A stretch of DNA of 64,000 bases from Escherichia phage P896. Of the stretch, positions 46,033-54,478 are shown one piece after another; the first letter of the stretch is position 1, and every line of letters starts with the position of its first letter. Under the pieces are notes generated by a model. That model saw only the letters and a program-made list of their open reading frames with translations, was not told the origin of the DNA and searched no databases. Position numbers and translations under genes: made by a program. Location: the sequence record OL451225.1; one strand, written 5' to 3'.

Positions 46033-46416
46033 TTATCCGCGAGCAAAGGCCATTGCAGCGCGTTCGTTGGCACGGTCAGTGATGTTCAAGAATTTATCAC
46101 GAGCGATTTCGATTGGAGCACCAACCCAGTCAGCGGCACCATTACCTGGAGACTGTTTAGGACGAACCATATAAGTTGAAACTTTGGAACCAGCTAGTTT
46201 AGCACCAGGTGCTGCTGCGTTTTTAACATCTTTAGCTTTGATGCCAAACCCAGTTACGATACCCCAAGAAACGCCATTAACTGGTTTCTTGAACATAACA
46301 CGGTCACCAATTGAAACACCGGCTTTTTCTGGAGCCACTAAAGAAAATTTGCCAGCTTCAGTCAGTACGGATTCGGTGATGGTATTGCGATTTAAAAATT
46401 CTGCATATGTAAGCAT
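46033..46416 (-). CDS. hypothetical protein, 127 aa
   Basis: ORF track; ATG with GGAAAAA RBS. Confidence 0.5.
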   Translation of the reverse strand: MLTYAEFLNRNTITESVLTEAGKFSLVAPEKAGVSIGDRVMFKKPVNGVSWGIVTGFGIKAKDVKNAAAPGAKLAGSKVSTYMVRPKQSPGNGAADWVGAPIEIARDKFLNITDRANERAAMAFARG

Positions 46417-46458
46417 TTTGTTTTTCCATTATTAGGGTTGTTGTTAATATTTATATTC

Positions 46459-46521
46459 CATAGTACCGGATGCACCATCCGCTCGGATTTCTCATACTAC
46501 CGGACGCACCGTCCGCTCTGG
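46459..46521 (-). ncRNA. candidate structured RNA or regulatory element: two tandem 28-bp repeats each forming a 6-bp hairpin with a compensatory base-pair change
   Basis: CGGATGcacCATCCG and CGGACGcacCGTCCG differ by a T-A to C-G covarying pair; lies in a 237-bp ORF-free gap downstream of the tRNAs. Confidence 0.3.
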
Positions 46522-46653
46522 AAAAACTCCGTAAAAGGGTGCGCCGTTTCTGCTGTGATATAAGGGGACATCAACAAATCGTAAAGATTTATTAATGCCA
46601 GTCCTTAAACAGGGAACATCAGTCCGACGACTTACCGGTAGCGACCCGGTTTC

Positions 46654-46893
46654 TCATTCAATTGTAATAGCTAATTTGACTTTAACAACCTTATAATTGG
46701 AATCAAGGTCATTGAATTCCATAAAATTTGTTGCTAATCTGCGAGTCGGGAAACTTAGATATTTATTATGCTCAGGTGGAGCAGTTAATGCAAACCATGG
46801 GACTTGTTTATCATTTTCATCAAACTCATCAAAGCTATAAACCAGCTCGTTGCTGGTTATATCCATAACTGCATATGATTCACTAATAACCAT
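46654..46893 (-). CDS. hypothetical protein, 79 aa
   Basis: ORF 46654..46938 begins on TTG and would overlap tRNA-Arg; trimmed to ATG at 46893 with GAGGATATT RBS. Confidence 0.45.
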   Translation of the reverse strand: MVISESYAVMDITSNELVYSFDEFDENDKQVPWFALTAPPEHNKYLSFPTRRLATNFMEFNDLDSNYKVVKVKLAITIE

Positions 46894-46908
46894 AATATCC
46901 TCAGTAAT

Positions 46909-46985
46909 TGGTCGGGGTGGTGGGATTCTAACCCACAACCTACGGTTTAGAAGACCGTTGCTCTATACAATTAAGCTACACCCCG
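46909..46985 (-). tRNA. tRNA-Arg (anticodon UCU), CCA encoded
   Basis: Minus strand folds as a cloverleaf: acceptor CGGGGUG/CACCCCG, anticodon loop CUUCUAA, T-loop GGUUAGAAUCC, 3' ACCA. Confidence 0.75.
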
Positions 46986-47061
46986 GGTGGCCCCATCCGG
47001 ACTTGAACCGGAAACCTGCCAGTTATGAGCCGGATGCTCTAACCAATTGAGCTACAGGGCC
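46986..47061 (-). tRNA. tRNA with CAU anticodon (Ile2-type or Met), directly abutting tRNA-Arg
   Basis: GGCCCUGUAGCUCAAUUGGUUAGAGC D-arm, anticodon loop CUCAUAA, T-arm UCCGGUUCAAGUCCGGA; acceptor has two G-U pairs and the anticodon stem one mismatch. Confidence 0.6.
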
Positions 47062-47066
47062 TAAAA

Positions 47067-47342
47067 TTAAATTACAAATCCAGCGGGAGCATTATCATCT
47101 TTAGCCATATGCTGAATTGTATGATAAGTCATTTCTTCTGGTGCAACCAGATAAGCCGCCGTATTAACCAACGGGATTAATTTGACTTTATTGAATGTTG
47201 AACAACCAATTGACATAAAGGTTTCGCCTGTTGGATGCTGAATTTCGCCAAATTGACACTCATACGAAATAGAGCAACGTTTGGTAGTGGTTGTCTTTGT
47301 TTTAGGGTCATAAAAAGCTAATTTTAATACTAACATAAACAC
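47067..47342 (-). CDS. hypothetical protein, 91 aa
   Basis: ORF track; start codon not verified. Confidence 0.4.
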   Translation of the reverse strand: MFMLVLKLAFYDPKTKTTTTKRCSISYECQFGEIQHPTGETFMSIGCSTFNKVKLIPLVNTAAYLVAPEEMTYHTIQHMAKDDNAPAGFVI

Positions 47343-47457
47343 CTCAAGTAAAATTAAGTAAAGTAAGTTTGATTAATAGCACATGCTATTATGAAAGGTT
47401 CTTTGAGGGAAGAACCTTTGGTAATAGAGGGTACTTATTAATAATAACGCGTTTTTG

Positions 47458-47934
47458 TTAAAGCATATCAAGCGCTTTAACAGATGGGATTCGGATTTCT
47501 TCTTCGATTATATATAGCTTAACATAAGAAATTACACGCATGAAATCGCCATCATATTCGCAAGCCATACCAAGGAGCTCAGTAAGGGATTCATTCAGGT
47601 AGTATGCTTCTTCATCATCATTCAGCAATGCATCTAAATCTTCTACACCCAGAACCTTACTTAAAAATTCATGGGTTAACTGGCCAGATTTTACGCCAGA
47701 TGCAATGTGGGCAATAACCAAGTGTTTAACCACATCCCATTCTGAATTACCACATTTATTGCGGTTGTTACAATGTGAACCATGGAAAAGTTCCAGGATA
47801 TATTTGTACTGTTGGATTTCTTGTTCTTCTACGCCAAATACCGTTTGGGTTTTATAGTTGTCACCATCATTTTCCCAGGTTTCAATTTCAATCACATAAC
47901 CTTTAGGGATGGTCTGACCAAATTTAATATTCAT
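47458..47934 (-). CDS. hypothetical protein, 158 aa
   Basis: ORF track. Confidence 0.5.
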   Translation of the reverse strand: MNIKFGQTIPKGYVIEIETWENDGDNYKTQTVFGVEEQEIQQYKYILELFHGSHCNNRNKCGNSEWDVVKHLVIAHIASGVKSGQLTHEFLSKVLGVEDLDALLNDDEEAYYLNESLTELLGMACEYDGDFMRVISYVKLYIIEEEIRIPSVKALDML

Positions 47935-47936
47935 AA

Positions 47937-48317
47937 TCAGCCCTCATCAACAATAGTATGTGTATTGGCATTAACAATCTGCCACCAGTCAAAACGGTTG
48001 GAACCATAACAAGACTTCTTCTCGTTTTCTTTAATGATATCACGCAGTTCATCTTCAGTCGCAGCTTTTGCAATTAAGTCAGCATAACCGCCACGAGGAT
48101 AATAGTTATCACCAGCAAAGAGCAAAAAGTTTGTTTTGATATTCTTGAATTCTTCAAGAGTAATAACTGTTCCACCAGGTTGAACAATATCTACATAACT
48201 ATACCCTAATTTTTGAGCTTCATCTACCGCTTCAAGCAGGGTGTCATGTGCCCACCCAATTTGACAATCTGGTTTTTCAGATGGATTTGCCTGATAATCC
48301 GCATACACTTTATACAT
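47937..48317 (-). CDS. hypothetical protein, 126 aa
   Basis: ORF 47937..48365 trimmed to ATG at 48317 with AAGGTGAG RBS. Confidence 0.5.
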   Translation of the reverse strand: MYKVYADYQANPSEKPDCQIGWAHDTLLEAVDEAQKLGYSYVDIVQPGGTVITLEEFKNIKTNFLLFAGDNYYPRGGYADLIAKAATEDELRDIIKENEKKSCYGSNRFDWWQIVNANTHTIVDEG

Positions 48318-48318
48318 T

Positions 48319-48504
48319 TTACTCACCTTTAGAGATTTTATCCATAACGAAAGAGATTGAACCAATTAAAAATGCAACTACTAAAGAGATTATATTCTCA
48401 GAAGTTGAAAGCATATTCAACATAAAGCCAGCAAACATGCTAAAACCAAAAGCGGTAACAGCAACAAAGGCAGTAACATTTCTAATTAATTCGCAACGTT
48501 TCAT
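48319..48504 (-). CDS. small membrane protein, 61 aa
   Basis: ORF 48319..48537 trimmed to ATG at 48504 (GAGGAGAATAAA RBS); the removed residues MIIPSTTEENK are translation of the promoter cassette. Confidence 0.45.
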   Translation of the reverse strand: MKRCELIRNVTAFVAVTAFGFSMFAGFMLNMLSTSENIISLVVAFLIGSISFVMDKISKGE

Positions 48505-48561
48505 TTTATTCTCCTCAGTAGTTGATGGGATAATCATACTACAGTTATCCCATCACGTACA
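48505..48561 (-). promoter_or_regulatory. early promoter cassette, GATGGGATA class (inverted repeat GATGGGATAA/TTATCCCATC)
   Basis: Read directly. Confidence 0.5.
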
Positions 48562-48840
48562 CTAAATTTTTGTATATTGTCCAGCTTTAACTTTTTTCAG
48601 TTCACGAGGGCTTACCGCGTAAGTGAATGGAGCATTCCAGGAAGAACTGACTTTGTAACCTTTAGTCAACATCATTGCTGAAACTTTCTTGTTATCAGGA
48701 CCGTTTTCGCCTTTAACAAGAAACAACTCAAATGCGCCCCCATCAACCGGTTTGGCCTTAACCATCAGATGTCCTTTCAGGTCTTCCAGCATATCCGGGT
48801 GACTAATTGATTCGTTAATAAATTCTTGATAAGTTTTCAT
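48562..48840 (-). CDS. internal-protein-like head protein (MKTYQEFINE start)
   Basis: 92 aa with N-terminal capsid-targeting-like sequence. Confidence 0.55.
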   Translation of the reverse strand: MKTYQEFINESISHPDMLEDLKGHLMVKAKPVDGGAFELFLVKGENGPDNKKVSAMMLTKGYKVSSSWNAPFTYAVSPRELKKVKAGQYTKI

Positions 48841-48895
48841 TAGTAGCTCCAGTAGTTGATGGGATAATTATACTGCAACTATCCCATCGTGTACA
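48841..48895 (-). promoter_or_regulatory. early promoter cassette (-35 GTACAC, 16-bp spacer, -10 TATAAT bracketed by GATGGGATA/TATCCCATC)
   Basis: Read on the minus strand. Confidence 0.55.
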
Positions 48896-49195
48896 TTACA
48901 TTTTTGAACCACGAATTACACCATAAGCGGCGAAGTCGTCAGAAATATCTTTAGGTGAGTTCTTACCAGTTTCAATGAAGGCAATGCTTGACTTCTGACT
49001 AAAAGAGGTAATTTTGTTATAGTTGGAGTCAAGGAAGGTATAACCATTTTTGCGTAGCTGGTCAAAGTCTTCAGCGTCGCCTTTGCCTTTGAAGTCAACC
49101 CATTTGTAGGTGTTTTTCTTCTGAAGACCCAGAGGCCAGGTTTTTGCTTCTGCCAGGTAATTGTTTTCTACCAAAAATTCATGAAAAGTTTGCAT
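48896..49195 (-). CDS. internal-protein-like protein (MQTFHEFLVE start)
   Basis: 99 aa; divergent targeting-like N-terminus. Confidence 0.5.
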   Translation of the reverse strand: MQTFHEFLVENNYLAEAKTWPLGLQKKNTYKWVDFKGKGDAEDFDQLRKNGYTFLDSNYNKITSFSQKSSIAFIETGKNSPKDISDDFAAYGVIRGSKM

Positions 49196-49203
49196 TTGAA
49201 ATC

Positions 49204-49476
49204 CTATTTTAGATAAATTGCATATTTTTTATAACCAGCTGTCTCATGACGGAGACCCTTGTCATTGGCAAAACGCTCAATGTTATTAATTTGGTTCTGG
49301 TCAAGTTCTGAAATGTCAAACGCGAAAAAGTTGCGTTTGTTACCAATTGTTATATGGTCAGTCAAGTCAATGCTATACAGGTGATTGATATTGTCAATCA
49401 TAGCTTTGACTGCTTTACTAATTTTTACTTCTTCATTCAGTTGGGACTCGTTGAAAAGTTCATTGAAAGTTTTCAT
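49204..49476 (-). CDS. internal-protein-like protein (MKTFNELFNE start)
   Basis: 90 aa; divergent targeting-like N-terminus. Confidence 0.5.
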   Translation of the reverse strand: MKTFNELFNESQLNEEVKISKAVKAMIDNINHLYSIDLTDHITIGNKRNFFAFDISELDQNQINNIERFANDKGLRHETAGYKKYAIYLK

Positions 49477-49484
49477 AAGAAACC

Positions 49485-49817
49485 TTATTTATATAGTTTT
49501 GCCAGTTCTTTACGTCCGCGAGCAGACATAATAAATTGTTCATCGCCAATTTTAAAATAAGCCATACCACCGTCAACAGCGATACCAATTTCTTTAGTAC
49601 CTTCTTTGCCTTTCCACTTGCCACCAGATTTCAGAACAGCTTCAACTGCAGCTTTGGAATATTTGGACGTTTGAAAACGTTCATTACCAATCTGAAAGAA
49701 AACACCATCTGCATTTTTGGTTAAACCAAATTTCAGAGAGCCTTCACTATCATCAATTGATTTGGTCTCATTGATGGCGGATTCGGCTAAAAACTCGTTG
49801 TAAGTTTTGATGTTCAT
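49485..49817 (-). CDS. internal-protein-like protein (MNIKTYNEFLAE start)
   Basis: ORF 49485..49850 trimmed to ATG at 49817 with GGAG RBS; 110 aa. Confidence 0.5.
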   Translation of the reverse strand: MNIKTYNEFLAESAINETKSIDDSEGSLKFGLTKNADGVFFQIGNERFQTSKYSKAAVEAVLKSGGKWKGKEGTKEIGIAVDGGMAYFKIGDEQFIMSARGRKELAKLYK

Positions 49818-49877
49818 ATTAACTCCGTTTGTTCGTTGGTGTAGGAACATAATACTGCGCCTACACTCATTTGTACA
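49818..49877 (-). promoter_or_regulatory. early promoter (-35 GTGTACA, 17-bp spacer, -10 TATTAT inside GTGTAGG/CCTACAC inverted repeat)
   Basis: Read on the minus strand. Confidence 0.5.
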
Positions 49878-50562
<685 letters not shown>

Positions 50563-50563
<1 letters not shown>

Positions 50564-51240
50564 TATATTACCTTATTAATTTTATCAAAAAGTTCATCGA
50601 GTGTGCCATCGTTTTTAATAACAATGTCACTAGCTAGTGGTGGAAGTCCAGCTTCCGTAATGTGTGTATCAGTAGAATGATTTGCTTCATCGCGTTCTAC
50701 AAAGATTATTGTAGCACCCATCGCCCGAAGCGAATCAAGTTCGTTCTTTTGGCGAACATCTGGGACAACGTAATATTTATATCCAGAATAGAGGTTGTCA
50801 AGATAGTCGCATGCAAAAGTTTTAATCCAAAACATGCTGTCGAACTCTGTACAAACGATGTCAGTTCCAAGGGTCTGCATGAAACGTCTAACTGTCCAGG
50901 GCTCAACATTATTTAGTGTGTGAAATTCAATAATTTTACGAACCATATCTGGATTCGGAAGGTCAAGATTATATTGTTGTTTCAACCATTCAAGAGCATC
51001 AACCAGAAGAATATAAGCTTCGGTGTTGTTCATTATCAAGGTTTTTTCACGGTCATAACCTTGCCCGTCAAAATTTTCCAGGGTCAAATTGTGTGGCAGG
51101 TCTTGACGAATCCACGCTTTATAAAGCGCTTCTTTAATCGGACCAGCAAGCTGCCACTTTGTTCCATTTTGACTAATAACATAATCAGCAGTCGTATCTT
51201 TACCGCTGCGTTTTTTACCCACAATCGCAATTAATTTCAT
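50563..51240 (-). CDS. 1: deoxynucleoside monophosphate kinase gp1
   Basis: 225 aa; P-loop IVGKKRSGKDT; position before genes 3-2-4. Confidence 0.88.
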
Positions 51241-51836
51241 ACGTTTCTCATAGATGGATGCATTGACTTAGACCTGATTTCCTGTTGCATTGCTGCATTA
51301 CTATCAATCTGTGGTCTACCTTCTATTATTATACCATCAATTTCTACAGCAAAAGACTTAAAGTTAAAAGTTGCTGTTGCATTGATAGCCGGGTCAGAAT
51401 CTTCTTTATACGAATACTGAATCTCTGACAGGTCGGACGGCCATGCTCCATAGTAATGGATTGACATGACAATTTTGTCCTTGTTGTTATCTAAGATATG
51501 AAGCGTGACCGCTTCGGGACGACCCTTCGGATGCCATGCTTTTGATTCGTGTGTGATGTAGTTGTTGAGCGAGAGCATCCATTTATAGATGTCAAGCCAT
51601 GCTCTTAGGTCTTTGTCACACAGAAAGTTAACAATCAGGGGGTCGAATTCTATTGTACTACCAGGAAGACTGGAGCGATTTATACCTTGTGTTCCCCCAG
51701 GGACATCCGTTACAGGAATGTGAACTCCAGGGAGGGTAACGTCTTGAACGTTTAGTTTAAAGGTCTGTGTGAGGTTTGAATCGCTTACCTCTAATATAAA
51801 GTTAGTCGTGTTAGTTTGATTATATAAACCTGACAT
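51237..51836 (-). CDS. 3: tail sheath stabiliser / tail completion protein gp3
   Basis: ORF 51237..51998 trimmed to ATG at 51836 (AAGGTG RBS) to remove the 77-nt overlap with gene 2. Confidence 0.7.
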   Translation of the reverse strand: MSGLYNQTNTTNFILEVSDSNLTQTFKLNVQDVTLPGVHIPVTDVPGGTQGINRSSLPGSTIEFDPLIVNFLCDKDLRAWLDIYKWMLSLNNYITHESKAWHPKGRPEAVTLHILDNNKDKIVMSIHYYGAWPSDLSEIQYSYKEDSDPAINATATFNFKSFAVEIDGIIIEGRPQIDSNAAMQQEIRSKSMHPSMRNV

Positions 51837-51921
51837 AATGCACCTTGTTTGCTTTAAAACAATCAGTGTTATAATGGTTCTAGACCTTTTGTCCTTACAA
51901 ATAACACTGACCGATAATAGA

Positions 51922-52755
51922 TTATGAATTTCTCCATACTTTCTGGGAAGAGAATCTTTTGCCTTTCGACATAAATTGTTGCAATGGAAGCATAACAACG
52001 TTTGCCCAGTCGCTGGGCTTGATTTCAGTAATAGTACCTTTTATATTGCCAGGTATATATGCTTTAATCATCTGGTCAGCCCCTTTAAATCCCTTCACCT
52101 TTGACCAATCAATTTTCAGATGAGTCTTGTTCGTAATCGTAGGAGTATTAGCATATTGCTTAAGAAGTTCCTCAAGGAATTCTTGACGTGCCTTTGGTGG
52201 AATATAGTGCAAGTTCAAACCATACATCAAATTGTGCTTACCTAGTCCAAGATAAATGATTAACGGGTATTTGTCCCAGTACGGAAGAGTATCCTTATGC
52301 TTTGCATCATAGATATAAGCATAAATCTTACCTGGTTGAGGTTTAGCCGTTACGTGGCCACGAACTGATTTCTTAATTGTCTCGGCGAACCATCTGGCAG
52401 ATTTGGTGTTGCTTGCAGCACCTTCGTTAGCAATCTTATCTCTTATGCTCTTCCTAAAACTATTCACCATTATCAGCTGGCGTTCAGCCTTCGTAAGTTT
52501 ACCAGCAGGTTTCTTTTTGAGCTTGGATACTTTATAAGCAGTCTGAATTCTCGAATGGTATCTTGACATGCTTTTGGTAAAGGTCGAATAGTTGATTCCT
52601 TTCTCTTCAGCAAACTTCTTCGAGGTCATTCCCTTTTCTTTTGCTGTATAAAATTCAACCCCTATCTCAACCCATTGTTGTTCGGATTTACTGGGTTTCG
52701 GACCCGGTTTATCTGCAGATTCATTGATAAATGTAAAAATACTCATCCTTTCCAT
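51922..52755 (-). CDS. 2: DNA end protector protein gp2
   Basis: 277 aa, basic; position between genes 4 and 3; start could be 52755 or 52746. Confidence 0.8.
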   Translation of the reverse strand: MERMSIFTFINESADKPGPKPSKSEQQWVEIGVEFYTAKEKGMTSKKFAEEKGINYSTFTKSMSRYHSRIQTAYKVSKLKKKPAGKLTKAERQLIMVNSFRKSIRDKIANEGAASNTKSARWFAETIKKSVRGHVTAKPQPGKIYAYIYDAKHKDTLPYWDKYPLIIYLGLGKHNLMYGLNLHYIPPKARQEFLEELLKQYANTPTITNKTHLKIDWSKVKGFKGADQMIKAYIPGNIKGTITEIKPSDWANVVMLPLQQFMSKGKRFSSQKVWRNS

Positions 52756-53192
52756 CCTAATTTTTTCAGTGAGTTTTCAGTGATTATCCTGAACGTTATA
52801 CCCATCTTATCAGCTGTAGCTTGCGCAGCTTTCCATTTGTCAGAGTTAACGCTCCAGGTGTACATCTCATTAATAAATCTCTTTTTACTCGCAGTGGTAT
52901 TATTGGCCGGTTTGGTTGGGGGTCTTGTTTCTTTTAATGGCTTAACTTCGAAAAAGAACTGTTGCCCCGTATCGAACTTAACCCAGAAATCCATATAATA
53001 TCTGCGTTTTTTCCCTTCAGCGTTGCAGAAGTATGGAATAATCACAGTCTCAGAACCCCATTGAACAACGTTCGGATGGTTGTCGAGCCATCTCATCAGC
53101 CACGCCTCCCAGCTTGACCGGTATTGTATTTTCTTCCAGTCGCCCTTATATTTTTCTATATTAGTGGGCTTGAATTTCCCGGAGTATGCCAT
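52743..53192 (-). CDS. 4: head completion protein gp4
   Basis: 149 aa; ATG with AGGAGG RBS; late promoter TATAAATA 30 nt upstream. Confidence 0.85.
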   Translation of the reverse strand: MAYSGKFKPTNIEKYKGDWKKIQYRSSWEAWLMRWLDNHPNVVQWGSETVIIPYFCNAEGKKRRYYMDFWVKFDTGQQFFFEVKPLKETRPPTKPANNTTASKKRFINEMYTWSVNSDKWKAAQATADKMGITFRIITENSLKKLGWKG

Positions 53193-53218
53193 ATAGCCTC
53201 CTAATAAATATTGATATA

Positions 53219-53228
53219 CTTATTTATA
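53219..53228 (-). promoter_or_regulatory. T4-type late promoter TATAAATA for gene 4 (minus strand), inside the palindrome ATTTATAAAT
   Basis: Exact TATAAATA on the minus strand; the plus strand reads TATAAATG toward gene 53. Confidence 0.6.
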
Positions 53229-53240
53229 AATGGAGGCTTT

Positions 53241-53843
53241 ATGCTTTTTTCATTTTTTAACCCAATTGATTATGATGCGAAAACAATCAGAAAAAACTCG
53301 GCATCATTGACGAAAGAAGACGTCTTAAGCATTCCAATGACTGACATCTTCAGAAACTACCGCGCTTATTTCGATAAGGTCGCTGCTAATTATACACCCA
53401 AAACCTATTACATCGCAGGAGCTCCGAGACCTGAAGAACTTGCATATCAGCTCTATGGGAACACGCAACTCTATTGGGTTCTCCTGATGATTAATGACAT
53501 CTATGACCCTTATTATGGTTGGCTCGGCTCTCAGGAATCATCCTATCAGGCATCTATTCAGAAATATTCGAATGTCGGTGGTAACCAGGTCCTTTATCAT
53601 GTGAATGAAGATGGTGAGAAGTTCTGGAACCTTGTATCTTATCCTGATAATCCATACACCTGGTACGATAAAGGTGACCGCAACAGATTATATCCGCAAT
53701 ACGAAGGCCCATTGGCTGCAGTGGATATCTATGAAGATGCTATCCGTAAAAATGAATACAAACGCGAAATAAAAATAATTGACCCAGAAGATATTGAGTC
53801 ATTTATTTCCGCATTAATCCGTGAAATGGAAAAGGCACTCTAA
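53241..53843 (+). CDS. 53: baseplate wedge protein gp53
   Basis: ORF 53211..53843 trimmed to ATG at 53241 with GGAGG RBS; 200 aa; divergent from gene 4. Confidence 0.85.
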   Translation: MLFSFFNPIDYDAKTIRKNSASLTKEDVLSIPMTDIFRNYRAYFDKVAANYTPKTYYIAGAPRPEELAYQLYGNTQLYWVLLMINDIYDPYYGWLGSQESSYQASIQKYSNVGGNQVLYHVNEDGEKFWNLVSYPDNPYTWYDKGDRNRLYPQYEGPLAAVDIYEDAIRKNEYKREIKIIDPEDIESFISALIREMEKAL

Positions 53844-54478
53844 TGTTTTATTATGTATATAAAATAACCAATAATATTAACGGCAAATTTTATATCGGGG
53901 CGCATAGTACATCAAATATGGATGATGGATATATGGGCTCAGGTAAATTAATTAAACGTGCCATACTAAAATATGGCATTGAAAATTTCAAAAAAGAAAT
54001 ATTAAAATTTGTTGATTCCAAACAAGAAATGTATGAACTTGAAAAGGAACTTGTTGTTCTTAATGAAAACTCATACAATTTAAAACCAGGCGGCTCCGGT
54101 GGATTTTTAAAACATGATAACTTTAAAGGTCGAAAACATAGCCAGAAAACTAAAGATATTATGAGTGCAAATAACTCAGGTAAAAATAATCCCATGTATG
54201 GAAAAAAGCGAGACCAGCATGGAGTAAATGCACCAAATTATGGCAAAAAATGTTCAGAAGAGAAAAAGAAGATTCTTTCTGATAAGCTTAAAAAGCATTT
54301 TGAAAATGAGCAGACAATAACTAAGAACATGGGGTTTATACCAACGTCGGTTGAAACCCGTTATGTATCTCGACATATTAAAAAGTTAGGATTTGATTTT
54401 TACCAATTCAATCGAAATATATGTGAGCATAATATTTCCATAGTTAAAAATATTTTAAAACAGAGGAAGGCTTTATGA
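53843..54478 (+). CDS. GIY-YIG homing endonuclease (Seg-like)
   Basis: N-terminal YVYKITNNINGKFYIGAHS...GYMGSG (GIY-YIG motif) and C-terminal NUMOD3-like repeats (GRKHSQKTKDIMS, GKKCSEEKKKILS); AT-rich; start overlaps gp53 stop (TAATG), stop overlaps gp5 start (ATGA). Confidence 0.8.
   Translation: MFYYVYKITNNINGKFYIGAHSTSNMDDGYMGSGKLIKRAILKYGIENFKKEILKFVDSKQEMYELEKELVVLNENSYNLKPGGSGGFLKHDNFKGRKHSQKTKDIMSANNSGKNNPMYGKKRDQHGVNAPNYGKKCSEEKKKILSDKLKKHFENEQTITKNMGFIPTSVETRYVSRHIKKLGFDFYQFNRNICEHNISIVKNILKQRKAL
53843..54478 (+). mobile_element. free-standing homing endonuclease gene inserted between baseplate genes 53 and 5
   Basis: T4 has no gene between 53 and 5; GIY-YIG ORF fills the junction exactly. 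Confidence 0.6.

Noticed and set aside
46654-46938. ORF-track N-terminal extension of gene 46654..46893
   Set aside because: The extension starts on TTG and overlaps tRNA-Arg; an in-frame ATG with a good RBS lies just past the tRNA 3' end.
47398-47417. Hairpin GGTTCTT-n6-AAGAACC downstream of gene 47458..47934 as a terminator
   Set aside because: No adequate U-run follows on either strand; noted only as a possible RNA hairpin.
53225-53232. Plus-strand TATAAATG as the late promoter for gene 53
   Set aside because: It is only 9 nt from the gp53 start codon and overlaps the RBS, leaving no room for a normal leader; kept only as part of the palindrome finding.
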